64,000 nucleotides of DNA from Lama glama. Its lineage: Eukaryota. The DNA lies in NCBI GenBank assembly GCA_028534125.1, contig CM052816.1, forward strand, positions 63,676,001 to 63,740,000, written 5' to 3'. Both the position numbers and the translations under genes were made by a program. A model generated the notes under the pieces. That model made no database searches. It saw nothing but the letters and a program-made list of their open reading frames with translations, and had not been told where the DNA came from. Within the stretch, counting starts at the first letter, position 1; each line of letters opens with the position of its first letter. Shown piece by piece: positions 50,100 through 63,326 of this stretch.

Positions 50100-52743
50100 T
50101 CTCCTGCCAGCACTATGAAAAGGCTGGACAATTGCTATTGTCCAGGTGCCCAGGAACTTTATAGCTGCAGCAATGGTGCTGTTGAGGGAAGAGAGCAAGA
50201 CACCACAGGGTTAATACTATTAACAGTATTCTATAAAGGCATCGAATAGAATGGAAGCAATGCTTAGATATTTAAAGAAGTGTCATAGCTTAAAGAAATT
50301 TGCATTAGGCATAGTAAGGTGAAAGACACAAAAGCACACAGACGCATGCTCCACTTTCAGTTTCTGAAGCCGGGCCGAGGTCACCCACACAGTGTCACAT
50401 TCAGAGTGGAACAAACGTGGAAATCAGAAAAGTGCTGCTGGAGACTTCGAGGAGCGGAGCTGCTTCCTGCTCCCTCTGCCAGGCTTTCCAGCAGCCCCGT
50501 GGGCTCTGCTCCTGCCAGTCAGGCCTGCTCTGACTTCTTTTGATGGTGGTGGGGACCTCCGCAAAGCTGTGATTGCAGGGAGTGCGGCTTGTTAGCTCTT
50601 AGGGACTGTGGAAAGCCCCAGAGCCACTCAGCCGGCGAAGAATCATGACTGTCTGCCAGCTTCGAGGGCCCAACACCTCCGGACCGATTGCAATCCGAAG
50701 GAGGATTTCAGATTCAGAGGGCAGTTGAGAGGGCTGTGCCTAGTGACACTGATCATAGCTGGCAGGGAGCCACTTGTGGGGAGGCAGCTGGCTGGCTCCT
50801 TCTCATCACCCACCCCAGACAGACCACTTCATGTGTCAAAGGAGGAGCTGAAGGGAAGAGCAGTGGGCTCTGGAGAAAGCGAGGAGAGGTAGCAAGAATG
50901 ATCTGACTGTCCACGGCTGCTGGGCACGACGTGAAGCTCAGCAATTTTTAGCAGGACTCTGCTAATGAATGTGGAACCGAGGGACTGGCAGCTCCATTTC
51001 CTCTGGTATTAACATTTTTTACTTTATTTTAATGAGGAAAATGAGATTCTTCTCAGTTTCTTATCACTGAACCCGGTTTGGGAGGGTATGACATTTAACA
51101 ACAGTGCTTTGAAAAATATTAAGCATTGTACAAATATGAGGAATTGTTGCTATTATTATTCTGATGAAGCGCACATGCAGCTTCGAATCAGCCTTAATAT
51201 TGAGGGGATATTTAAGGGATTAGGAAGGACGCTGTAACTACTGGGTAGTGAGTCAGGGTGGCCTTCGTAAAAAGGGCCAACTAATCTGGCCATATTAAAT
51301 CCATTTTTAGAAGCTAAGTACCCAAACTCTGAGTCAATAAATGGCAATCGCAGACATAGATCATATAGCTTGATCATCTCACATCAGATGCAAGATTCTC
51401 GTAAATTATAAAACATGTTAGGCGATTAATTCCAATTTGAGGCCGTAACTTGATTATCTTCTGGGTGAAAGGAGGAAATGGCTTTGGGTAGGAGAGGTGG
51501 TCCCACATTTCTCAATATGTTGGTGCCCCCCAAGTGAAATGGGAGGGTGGAACTGCCATTATGTGGTGGATTTGGGGCTGAATCCAGATAATTCAAGAGA
51601 AAAAGATATGGGAGTCCTTAAATATCAGCCCCCAAAGGCTTTGAGAAACTGTAGTTAAGCCTTTCTAATTTGGATGATTTGGGAATAAAAGTCAGTTTGA
51701 AGTAGGGAAAATTTGAATTACAAACTGTTTTGAAAGACATCCACTTGTGTCTTTTTTCAAGTATAAAGAAATGGAAAACTAATGGATAGGAGAGTGGGGC
51801 CAAATACATGTCCATCCAAGTCTGCTCAGTTATCCTAATTATTGTTTGCATGCAAATGATACTACTCTAAAACAATTCATTCTTATAATGGCTCTACTGT
51901 TTGCCCTCCAATAAAAAATATTAATTTATTTAGAAAGTCTTTCTTATTGTTCAGAAGACAATTTCAGCCATATTGAGGAATATATACCCTCAATTTTTGA
52001 TGTGTTTGTACAGGTAGGAGCCACCAGGAGGCCAAAACATCTGCCCCCATGGTCTCCATGGTCATTGTTCCGTGTGCACTGGTCAGAGGCTGCACAGCTT
52101 CTGGAGGAATTCACCTCTATCCACTAGTCTGGATAACAAAGCTAGGTACTGATTTACTGAAAAAAAAAAAAGCCTCATAATTATCAGAATCTTTTTTGCA
52201 CTGTATATTGTTTTCTCACCTGCTGAGTCAGTCGGCAGTTGCAGTTCTAGGCAACAAGGTCAAGTAGATAAAGCTCTGATTGATTAGCTTTATCTTTTCA
52301 GTTTTTGCTGCCCTGATGGCCCTTCATTCCCCTCTGCATTCTGTCTGCTTTCTCTCGAGCAAGTTCACAGCAAGACTTCAAGCCCACCAAGGGCAAAGCT
52401 CGTGAGCATTTACTCAACTCTGTAGTCAGATGGTCCTGTAGAGTGTCTGGGACATAGTAATGCCTTAGTACATGATCACTTGCAGGAGTGAATCAATGCA
52501 TCCGTTAGCTGGTAGGGCTAATAAACAAATTCACATTAAGCAGTACATGCTGATGCTAGATTCATGTGTTGAGCATTGTAATAGGAAATAATCCCGTGGG
52601 AATTAATTCTGTTTTGGATTTTAGACACTAGAACAGGTAGGTCAATGCCTTCACTCTGGGTGTGTGATTGCCAACTCTGCTCACCTAGGTACAAACTTGC
52701 TCTAAAAATAATAACAGCAGCAACCACTGCTGCTTGTTATTAA

Positions 52744-53459
52744 TGTTACCGAGTAAGGGCTCGTGTGCCTGTGCATAGAAAGCCAAACTCTGACAGTGGG
52801 TATTTGCAGCAAAGTAAGTTTATTTGCAGGGCGCCAAGCAAGGAAAACTGGCGGCTTATGTTCAAAAAACCTGAATTCCGTGATGGCTTTCAGGCAAGGG
52901 GTTTTAAAGACAGTGTTAGGAGAGAGGATCGTAGGGGATGCTTGATCAGCTTGTGGACCTTCTTCTGACTAGTTGATGGTGAGGTAACAGGGTGATGTTT
53001 ACAGAATCTCAGCCTTCTGGTTTCAACTAGTTTACCAGAGTCTACTGCTTGTGATCAGCATGTAATCCACATCCTCCACTTGGGTAGGGGTCTTAGTTTC
53101 TAGAGAACATCTCAAAGATATGCCTCAGACTGTGATCTGTATCCCTTCAGGAGGAACCAGGAATCCTGTTACTCTATCATTCTAATCATTAACTGCTTGA
53201 GCCTGCTCTTTGGAACTCAGGGAAGGCCTAGGAGACTAAAGACTTTTCCCCCCTACAAACAGGAAATGGGGGACACAGAGGAGATTTTGTATCCAAGAGG
53301 GCCCCTCAGGGTCCTGCTTGGTTTCAATCTCGCCTTTTCTTTGATACTCCTCAGTCCTGAGGGGAACAGGGGCAGGACAAAAAAGGGAATAAAGTTTTGA
53401 ATAGAGAGATTAATCATAAACTCAGCAGGGGAACTCAGTTTTAGGGGGACTCAGTTTCA
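52744..53459 (-). mobile_element. ERV1-class solo LTR (MER41-like) inserted in a minus-strand MIR
   Basis: TGTT...TTTCA ends, 4-bp TSD TTAA (52740-52743 and 53460-53463), AATAAA on the minus strand near 52820; the MIR continues at 53464-53685. Confidence 0.8.
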
Positions 53460-54931
53460 TTAAGCACATACTATCTGCCAAATGGTAATGTACCAGTACT
53501 TTATTTTATGTGATCATCACAGTAAATATTTGAAGTGGTTATTATCTTTCACTTATAAACAGGGAAACGGATGCTGAGGAAAGCCAGGTACTTGCCCAAG
53601 GCCACATAATGAATAAGTGGGGTTTAAAGAACCAAGTTCTGACTGGTTCTAAATCAGTGTTCTTTCCACATCACTACTCTGCCTATTCTTTCTATAATTG
53701 GAACTTGATAAATGTTTGTTCAAGTGAGCACACCTTCAGCCTGTTCCATTTGAAATCCCAAATGAAATCCCAAATATTCTAATTCTATGATAGTCATTAT
53801 CATCAACTGCCATCTATTGAGCACCTGTTACAAGCAAGACCCTGAGTGCTTCTAAAACAGGCAGGTGTGCATGTTGACATCATAACCCACTGCTGTCCTG
53901 GAAATCTGGATTCCATGCAATTTCTTTCTTCTCTGTGAATGTTATTCATTAAGTGTATAATACTTTTCATATGAATAAATTTGAAAATTAGAAACCAGTT
54001 CTTTTTCAGCTCACATTCAGGTGTGATTATTGTGGTTATACACTATGGTTCTTGCTATCAAAGAATTTGCAGTTCACTTCGAGACATGGTACTTATATTT
54101 ATAAATAAATAAACACAAAGTAAATGCATTTATGACATATCCAAATTAGGGGTGCAAACAGTATATACCATCAGAGTTCAGGAAAGGGAGTGCTTAATGG
54201 ACTAGAGCAATTGGAGAGGGTTTTCAGGGTGGAAACGCCTCTGAGCTGGGTCTGCGAGATGGGGAGGCTTGAATAAATGTGGAAAAAGGGGAGAGTGATG
54301 ATAGGGATGCAGCTGTAACAAAAGACAGTGAGCAGTTCTTGTTCCAACATCTGCATCCACTGGACAGTTTCTACATAATTTTGGCTGCAGACTAGACCAC
54401 AGGGGCTTTTATATGCTGATCCTTGGTGCCTCAAATTCCCTTTGAGGTTAAACATGTAAACTGTTGTATATTTGATTTATAAAAAGGAAATAGTTTTTCT
54501 CAGTCAGTGGAATCCACAATTGCAGGAGACTGGAGAAGTAAATGCTATAGCTAGCTATATCGGAGGCCTGGATAGAATTTTCGCTAATAATAAATTAGCA
54601 AGAATACATCAGTATAAGGAGAATTAAAGGTCATTCTTTGAGCTGCAACTATTATGAGAATGTACTTTTTGATCAGTTTTCTACCTGTCTAAGTATCTGG
54701 AATATTTACAAAAATGTTTGTATTTCTTTTTAAAAGAATTGCCTCTATTCTCCATTTTGCTATGTCTGTGGGGACCTGGCCTGAAATGAATGCATTAAAG
54801 TGGATCTCCCAGGTTTTTATTCTGTTTTAAATGAAGTATCTTCTGTTGAGCAGGATAATGCAGGATGTCATGTGTTTGGCTATTGATAATGGAGAAGTTT
54901 TCCTGAGAGTTTCAGGGCCAATTATTTGAGT

Positions 54932-55150
54932 CCAGTGTTTCTGAATGTTTACTCTATAGAGCATTAATCTTATGACATACTTCACAACAAATGGGTTCCA
55001 TGCTCAATTAAGTTTGGGAAATGTCCTTTGCTTGTAAATTTGCAATGCACAGTAGCATATGCACAGGCTTCTGCTAAGTCCTTCTGTAGAGAAGCCTCTT
55101 AAACTTTGCTTAACTCAGTGTTTCTTTAAGTTTTTTGACTACAAACCATC
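54932..55150. mobile_element. hAT-Charlie (Charlie4-like) remnant
   Basis: CAGTGTTTC...ATGGGTTCCATGCTCAATTAAGTTTGGGAAA...CAATGCACAGTAGCATA. Confidence 0.6.
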
Positions 55151-55169
55151 CCTATTTCCTCCTCCACTT

Positions 55170-56190
55170 TTTACACTCAAGGATTAGGAGTTGGGAAGAT
55201 GAAAACCATGCTAGCAATTTTAATGGAGAAAATGTAATATAATAAATTGGTAATAGATGTTGCAGGACTGAAAAAAAAAACATGTCAGAGAACACTGGTA
55301 TATCTCAGAGATAATAACTTCAAGAGGGGAAGAGCTTGGAATTATCAGAACCTAGACATTTGGAGGAGGAATGCGATAGAGCCAGGACTGCATCTGTGAG
55401 GAGGGCTGTAACCCAGCTGCTGGTTTAGTTCAGGACTGGAAGGCAGAGCTTCTGATGCTCAGGAGCTCAGATAAAGGGGGCTTTAGGAAGCTGGGCTTCT
55501 GCCACTGTTGCTGCTGAGCAGGGTGTGATGAGGCTGGCTCTGAGTGTGGAAAGAAGCTGAACAACAAAAACAACTACTGCTAGAAACAACTCCTGCTGCC
55601 TGGGGTGAAGGGTCGCAGGTGGAGCAACCCAACAGGAACAGCAGCAGACAGACAGGAATGAGCATGTCCCTTCTCCCTCCCTCTGCCTTACAGGTTCTCC
55701 ACTGGCAGCATTCTCCATTGGCAGGATCTAACATGGAGCTAGCTGACGAAGGAGAAATGTGGCTTGCAGAGTCCCTACTTCAGTATAGAAAAGTGAGGGT
55801 GGAACTCAAATAACGGTAACAATAATACATATAATAATATATATTATATAGAATAATATGATGGCTTAGTAATTGTCACAGCCCCTTCCTTTAGCTACTC
55901 AGTATCTACATACATCCTCCTACACATATTTGAACTCTCATACAGCAAGAATAACAAGATGCAAATATCCTTCCTATGAATAAAGATGTTCCCACTCTCC
56001 CAAAAGGGGGTGCACAAAGTCCTGACAATCATTGTCTCCACTTCTGAGAATTGTTAATTATTCTTCAAATTCAGTCATGGACCCATCAGAATATTTTGTA
56101 ACTAAAGAGTAAATTATATAGTTATACACCACCAATAATATTTATATAAAAGCATAAAGGGAAAGAAGTAGAAAGGGGCAAATAAGTTTT
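55170..56190 (-). mobile_element. ERV-L-class 3' LTR (about 55170-55880) with adjoining PPT and internal sequence
   Basis: The minus strand reads GTAGCTAAAGGAAGGGGC|TGTGACA (polypurine tract then LTR start); CCATTGGCAGGATCTAAC is an LTR-like motif. Confidence 0.6.
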
Positions 56191-58299
56191 CTTGGAAAGA
56201 TTAAAAAAATTGTTGGAAAGTTTGCTAGGAAATATTACAACTGTTAAACTTTCTTCAGGGTTAATTTAGACATCAAGCTTCTAGATCTTATTTGAGCCCA
56301 GTTATTCACAGGATGGAGTGGAGATCTGCCAATTAAGCTGGGTAGATAACTGCTATACAAAATTTATTTAGACAACAGTTTTTGGCCTCATCCTAATCAT
56401 AGTTGTTTTAGGTGGAATTTTCCGATTATTGATTAAGTGCACTTAAAATCTAAACTACATCACAGTTGTAAAGTTTTCTCATCAATGACTGATTCTGAGT
56501 CCCAGGCGAGAGATTTCCATTGGCGGCACTATTGATACTATTGATATGGATAACTCTGACATCAGACTTTGCAAAATGGCAACTTTTGCACTCATCTACA
56601 TGTCACAGTGTGGTTTCTAACATCATCATCGGCAGCAGCTTTTAAAAATGTGAAGCAGGACCTTTGCAAGCACACCCTAGATTCCCACAGCATCCTTACT
56701 TTCTTTGGGGGACTAACAGATGCTTCAGCTTGTTTAACCAGAGGGCTAGCAGCCAAGGAAGTAAGGAGAAAAGATATAAGGAGATCATAGAGCTTGGTTT
56801 CAGCTACCACTGGTAGCTCTCCAGCCCCTTGGAGAGTAATTTGCATCTTAATGCAACTCACCTGAGAGGAAGTTCCTGCCTTTAAAATCGGTCTCAAGGA
56901 TTGTACCGAGCCCCCTTTCTCAATACATATAGAGTAAACAGCACACAGCTCTCGGTGCTGGCAGTTTCCAGGGTCACAAATCGCAGCCTGAGACCTACAT
57001 ACTGTCCTCTGGAGACCGATGTAAAGTTTCAGGTACAGTCAGGTAATCTCATCGGTTGTATGAAATTTCTGTCAAGGGCTATAGGTTCTAAAACAATGAT
57101 GGCTTTTAGGTCTTTAGGATAAGAGTGTGGTGCCCCCCCTCCAAAAAAAGGTGGTAGAGCCTCTAAAACAGGCAGTTTATCTGAAAGGTTGTCTGAGGAT
57201 TTTGTGCCTACATAGCAGCTAAAATGAATGAGTTTTTGGGAAGGGAGGCAAGAGGACACAGGTGCTTCAGCACACATAGAGGTTGGATCTGATTTAGCGC
57301 TTTTCCCACCAGTTGGTTCAGAATTTCTAGAGGTGTGTTTTCAATTCCCTTCCCCTAGCTTGGCAAGTCCTGATCTGAGTTTAGAAGCTTCATGTTCTGG
57401 GGGAGTTTCTAGCTCTTTGCTTCCAGTGTAATCTCGGGTCCCCTGATCTTCCCTGGCTTTGATTGGTACCCACTGAGGACCCAGCTTGAGGGACCAGTGC
57501 TTGGGGTAGTCTGTTGTCATCTGGGATAGGGTGTCCACTGCCTGAAGTTATCTGTCTCCTAACTTCTTGCTTCAGTCTCACAGAACTAGGGGGATGCTTG
57601 CTTAGTAAATAGCCAATGTGGCATGTGTTTTAGCCTCCTGTCCCAGGATTCTATTTCTGTCATTTTTAGACTTCAGTGCAGGGATTGTATGTGTCACAGC
57701 CAACAACCCTTGTCCAAAATCTGTAATGGAATTAAACCCGAGTTAGAGGTGGAGTGTTTAGCATCATATCTGCCACATAATAGGTGCTTGCTTAGTAAGT
57801 ATTGCTACTGCAGGACACAGACTAGCCGTGGCAAATGGCTAACAATCTAGAGTAACCAGAACAGTCTGCGACCCACCAGACTCTCATCATAGCTTGTAGC
57901 TGGTGGCCAGGGGTTGTTTGGACAGAAGTTCTACATTACAGATCTCTTTTGACTTTCCTACCATAGATGATTCATCACAAGTTCTTGTCATCATTGAGCC
58001 ACTTTATCAGCCACCACAGCAAAATGTGTTTGGTCCTCTCACACTTTTATGTTCCTGAAGATTTCAGGCTGGCTGAACAACCTGAAGAAATAAAAAGTAC
58101 GTTGCTTTTTTTTGAAACTGATTTTGGAGAACTATTTCAGGCTTCATTCACTGATCATAAGTCCTTTTGGAGTTACCCAGTACTTTGGCCATGTTCATAA
58201 AAGAAAATTATGGAAAGAAATGACATACCCACCTGCTCAGTCATTCAGCTCACAAGTCTTCTTTCCCTCTGATTTTTAGTCTGTTTTCATAGCTGTTGA

Positions 58300-58615
58300 A
58301 TTAACAATGTATTGAGCATCCACTGAATGCTTGGCCCTGTGCTAGACATTGGAAATGCAGTGATGAACTGGACAAAGTCCCTACCTAGTTGGGGGAAACA
58401 GACAATAAATGGTCATGTATAGTGGTGAGGAATATAAACTAAATCAACAGGGTGAGGTGACAGAGTGATTGTTGGGGATGGGCATAACTTCTGATATGGT
58501 GACAGGAAACTCTTCTGAGGAGTGAAACCTGAGGTGAGATCTGGAGCACGAGAAGGAACCAGCCACGTGAGGATCCACGGATGAATGTGTCTGCCAGGGG
58601 GAAACAAACGCAAAG
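58300..58615 (-). mobile_element. L2 3' region
   Basis: TATTGAGCATCCAC...CCCTGTGCTAGACATTGG...CTCTTCTGAGGAGTGA...GAGAAGGAACCAGCCA. Confidence 0.75.
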
Positions 58616-59190
58616 TCACCTCCCACCCAGCAGGCTCCACAACACATATAAGAAACTCTTCTATAAGTCCGTGTGAGAAGGATGGATGGGAGAAGGCTGG
58701 GAAATAGCCTCTGGTCACCTGTGAATGTCTGAGGATGTAACTGGTGATTCTTACAGATGGATGTGCTTTAAGTGCTCTATATACAGGCTGGGGACTGGGT
58801 GATTTTCTTGAAATTTCCCCCCATAGTCAAATTTTTCAAGAACTAAAAATAACAAATTGGCAATCTACCCACACATGTTCTTTTGTAGCATCCAAGGACA
58901 CTACCATAGCATGATGGATAATATTATGAGCTGTCTCAGTTATTTGATGAGTTGTGTTATAAAAGTGAAGCGAAGTTTCATCTTGGTGAAATGCTTAGCA
59001 GAGGGAGCAGTATTTCCAGTTTGACTATGTAGCTACATTTTTTCCCCCTGTTTTTCAGTTCTGGCTTTTTTCTGCATACACGGTTAAGTACAAACAGCAT
59101 GCCCTCTCAGAAAGGACGTGGACCCCTGCTTGCTTGTGACTGCTGTGTGAGAGGGAGGGTTAGCGGGGAGGGGTTCTGACAGCCATTTCT

Positions 59191-59743
59191 TTTTTTCTTA
59201 ATATATTTTTATTGAAGTACAGTCAGTTTACAGTGTTGTGTCAGTTTCTGGTGTACAGCACAATACTTCAGTCACGTAGGAACATACATACATTTGTTCT
59301 CATGTTCTTCTTTACCATAGTTTACTACAAGATACTGTATACGGCTCCCTGGGCCATACAGTATAAACTTGTTTATCTATTTTACATATGTCAGTTAGTA
59401 TCTGCAAATTTTGAACTCCCAATTTATCCCTTTCCACCTCGTTGTCCCCTGGTAACCATAAGTTTGTTTTCTATGTCTGTGAGTCTGTTTCTATTTTGTA
59501 AACAAGTTCGTTTGTCCTTTTTTTCCTCTAGATTCCACGTATAAGTGATATCAAGTGGTACTTTTTTTTTCTGACTTACTTAGAATGACATTCTCCATGT
59601 TCATCCGTGTTGCTGCAAACGGCATTATTTTATTTTTATGGCTGAGTAGTATTCCATTGTATAAATATACCACAACTTCTTTATCCAGTCATCTATCAAT
59701 GGACATTTAGGTTGTTTCCATGTCTTGGCTATTGTAAATAGTG
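59191..59743 (-). mobile_element. Lineage-specific L1, 5'-truncated (about 550 bp)
   Basis: T-rich tail, TTTATTGAAGTACAGTCAGTTTACAGTGTTGTG...GGACATTTAGGTTGTTTCCATGTCTTGGCTATTG; 15-bp TSD at 59176-59190 and 59744-59758 (13/15 identical). Confidence 0.9.
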
Positions 59744-60649
59744 CTGACAGCTGTTTCTTAATCTCAGCACACAGGCTAGTATGAGGAATGGATATTTATG
59801 GGATTTTATGTGGCTGGTGGAAAGAGATCCCACAACAGCTACCTTCCCCTTTGCCCCCATCTCTACCCCATGAGGTCTCAGAAACATAGATTAAAAGGCC
59901 AGGTAAATGCATGATCTTTTTTACTCTTAAGGTGTTCAACCCTAACTGTTACAGTCCCCTGGAGACCTGGACTCAACCACATGGTAGCCTCTTACTTGTT
60001 TCTCATTGCATTTTATTTCTATTCAGCTGTGACTAGGCTATGCTTCTTGTCCACTTGCTAAGGCTGGAGGCAGGCCCTTCTTGGTTTAGAACACTTCAGG
60101 TAGGCTGTGGTCTGCTTCGTGCTCTCTTCCTCAGGCCCAAACCCAACCCTGTGTAGTTTTAACTCTGTTGGTGAGAAAGTTCCAAGCAATAGGGAGAGAA
60201 AACATTTCTATCTAAGTGCCAGCGTGGAGCTAGTCTAATTTGCTCGGCCTGTGCCTCTTCTGGTGGACAACTCCCAAGTGGCAGAACCTCACCACCCCAG
60301 GAGAGATAGATTCACCCTGATGCTAACTCAGTTGGAGCTTCAGTGCTCTTCAGTTGCATGAACTTTTTCTAAATAAATATTCACTGTTGTATCTAATTTC
60401 AAATTTGAAAATTTTAACTCTTTTTCCTAAGGTGTGCTCCCCGAATCGTGTAAGATTTAAATTCCGCAGAGCTGGGGCCTGCTCCTGGATACCAGTGGGG
60501 CTGCCACAGGAAGCCTGAAGGCCAGTCTTTTGAAAACATGCAGGAACTGAGAGAAGGAGTGGGCTGTGGGTATAAAATTAAAACATCTGCACTATCAAGG
60601 CCAGGGTCCAGGTAATCCACCTTTAGGATCCTTCAAAACCGCAGCATAA

Positions 60650-60880
60650 GGAAAGATGAAGAGCTGCAAAAATAGTACAGAGAACTTCTGTATATCTTCC
60701 ACCCAGATTCCCCCATTGTTAACATTCTACAGCATTTGCCTTCACATTCTCTTTCTCTCTCTTCACACACACACATACAGTCTCTCTCTCTCTTTCTCTC
60801 TCTCTCTTTCTTGTTTCCCCTTATCCATTCAAGAATGGGTAGCAGATAAATGACCCACTACCCCTAAACACTTCAGTAAC
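60650..60880 (-). mobile_element. L1MC4/5-like 3' end with CT/CA repeats
   Basis: GCAAAAATAGTACAGAGAACTTC...CACCCAGATTCCCCCATTGTTAACATT...ACCCCTAAACACTTCAGT. Confidence 0.7.
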
Positions 60881-60899
60881 ATAAGCCTGTAGCTAACTT

Positions 60900-61115
60900 T
60901 TTCCCATTTGGAGAAAGTCTGTCTGAGAATAAAACCAACACAAAGGAGATGGAGCTGGAGACATGGAGAAATTGATCCTGGTGACTTTGAGTTAGTCCTT
61001 GATCAATTATTACCCGAAGCCAGTGACCCCTGGACTTTCCAGTTACTTGAGCCAATCAAACCTTTTTTTGTTTTAGTCACAGTTGATATGTCTCTGTTCA
61101 GGTATCTTGACTGTC
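60900..61115 (+). mobile_element. MaLR LTR 3' part (MLT1K-like)
   Basis: TGTCTGAGAATAAAACCAACACA...CCCTGGACTTTCCAGTTACTTGAGCCAAT. Confidence 0.6.
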
Positions 61116-62784
61116 AAATTAATTACAAATCATAGTCCATTTACTCTTTGATCCATAGTGGTGACCCAGGTTTGATTCAAAAGTCACATATCCTGATGAA
61201 ACATACCTTGCTGTGTGATTTACTTATTTATACTCTTAAAAGAAGAGATTTTCATACGGCCTCCCTTTTATATTGATCTTTCTGTCTTTTCGTGTGTGAT
61301 TCCCCCTTTCTTTTTTGAGCTGCCACATTCTGACAGGGTCTCATATATCCACTGTATCAGTGTAAGGGACAAAATAAAAAATTTATGTCATCCACATGAC
61401 AGACCTGAAAAACTAGCCTCTCATTTAAATATTGCAAAAAATTGAGTTATATGCTACATAAGTGACAGGAGAATGGGGCTCTTAATCTATGTGAAAGGAA
61501 ATTGGATTCAAGTTGTTTTATCTCTTGCAGATGTTCAACATTATTTTTGTCAGCTAGTAGTTAAGTTGAAGAGAGACATCTTTCTCAGAATAGAAACATG
61601 AAATAATAATGTCCTCCAGCATCATCTCATCATGTTAAGCCATTAGATGGATGATATCCTGATGTGAAAAGATGCAAATGATACTGAGTTTTGAAGTATT
61701 TGTTGGGAGTGAAGGAGAGGCTGGAGTTTTGTTCTACAGTATACTGCTTCTGCATGAAAAAGATAAGGAATCCCAGAGAGTCTTTGTTTAAAAAAAAAAA
61801 AAAAAGTCCAGGGAAGGGGAGGGAGTCTAGGCCACAGTTTTCTAAGAGATTTATTTTGGAGAGAAATCCAGTAAAGATTTGGGTTTAAAATGTCCCTGCA
61901 GAAAGCTGGCACTAGCATGGGTGAGGACCCAATGTCCTTGGAGACCAAGCCAAGAGTGTATTGTTTAGATTTGCTCTGATTTTCATCACAACACGAGGGG
62001 TACAAGGCTTCCTGGGGCGAGTTTGGCAAGGGTGTGCTGTGGCCTCTCACCTTCTTCACCCTCTTCAGTAAGTGCTCTGGTTTCTCTCTCCCAACATATG
62101 TCTGTTTATCATGCTCTGTGGCTCTCAGTTCTCATCCCTGAGCTATTACATGCCTTCAGTCTACAAATCCAGCCCTATTCTGAGTTAATCCAGACGAGTG
62201 GGAAAGATACCTTAGCAGCCCAGACCACTGAGATCTAGGATTAGATGTGCTGCTTGAGACATGCTAGCTGGGGGGCTGGAGAGACTTTATAGAGTGCCCT
62301 TGAGCTCTGGAATGGTGGCTTCCCCCATGGAGCGGGCTGCTGTCTGATCCTGCCTATCTGACGCTGTTCTGCATAAACTAGGACTGGAATCCCAACCAAC
62401 TTGGCTGTGGCCATGAGGCCTCAGGGGAGAGTGATAGATTATGCTTGCTCTGCCAGCCTCCACAGCCGTCCGCAGAGGACCAGGCGTATTTCTGGGTCGA
62501 CTTCTTTAGGCCCCAGGCTGCCTTGTCCAGCCTCCCCTTGACTCCCTGCTTCTCTCCATCTTTCTGTGTTGCTGATGTGTCAGCATTTCACATATCCGAT
62601 TAATGACAGTTCTGACACGTGCCTCAGGACTTTGGATCCTCCCTGGACTACACATAAACATTAGAACATAATTAACCCATGAGTGAACTACCTTCTACTT
62701 TCATCCTAACTCCTATTATTCATTAATATGTTCTTAAATGTTACCATGGCTTGATTTGGAATTATATTATAAATGGCATTTATA

Positions 62785-63010
62785 ATAATAATAATGATAA
62801 TAACAATTTAACTTATAGACTGATTCTGTGGTAGTAGCTTTACATTCATTATTTAATTCAAACATGCAGGAAGGTATTTATTTCATCAGTTTTCAGATGA
62901 GGAAAGAGTCCTTAAGAGGCTAACTTCTCTCAGATCATATAGAATTGAAATTCTCATCCATGTCTGTTTGATGTTAAAGTTCATGTTTTTAACCATGATA
63001 CAATCCTGAC
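62785..63010 (-). mobile_element. MIR SINE
   Basis: (AAT)n tail, TTTTCAGATGAGGAAA, TCTGTTTGATGTTAAAG...TTAACCA. Confidence 0.6.
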
Positions 63011-63326
63011 TCACACACCTGGCATGTGATTTATAACTTTTTAATAATAATTTTCAGTATGAAGGCAATCTATAAGTTGTTGGGTTTCTATTTTTTTTAC
63101 AGGAAGAAATGGGGGCAGGAAGTGGGAATGGGAACAAAAGAGATTGTTTACTTAAATTTTATTGTATAGTGGCAATTATAGAAAGACCTTAAAAAATACA
63201 AGAACAGCTCATGTATTATCTACTGCATGTGTTCTTGTGCACCCCCCCACCCCTCATAGGTTTATACATACATATGCTGTTTTTGAGGGTTTATTATATA
63301 CTGAGTGCTTTTCATAAATTATCTAC

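Noticed and set aside
37995..56190. Idea that the ERV-L pol fragment and the ERV-L LTR at 55-56 kb are one provirus
   Set aside because: The order is not collinear for a minus-strand provirus, and 17 kb of unrelated sequence lies between them
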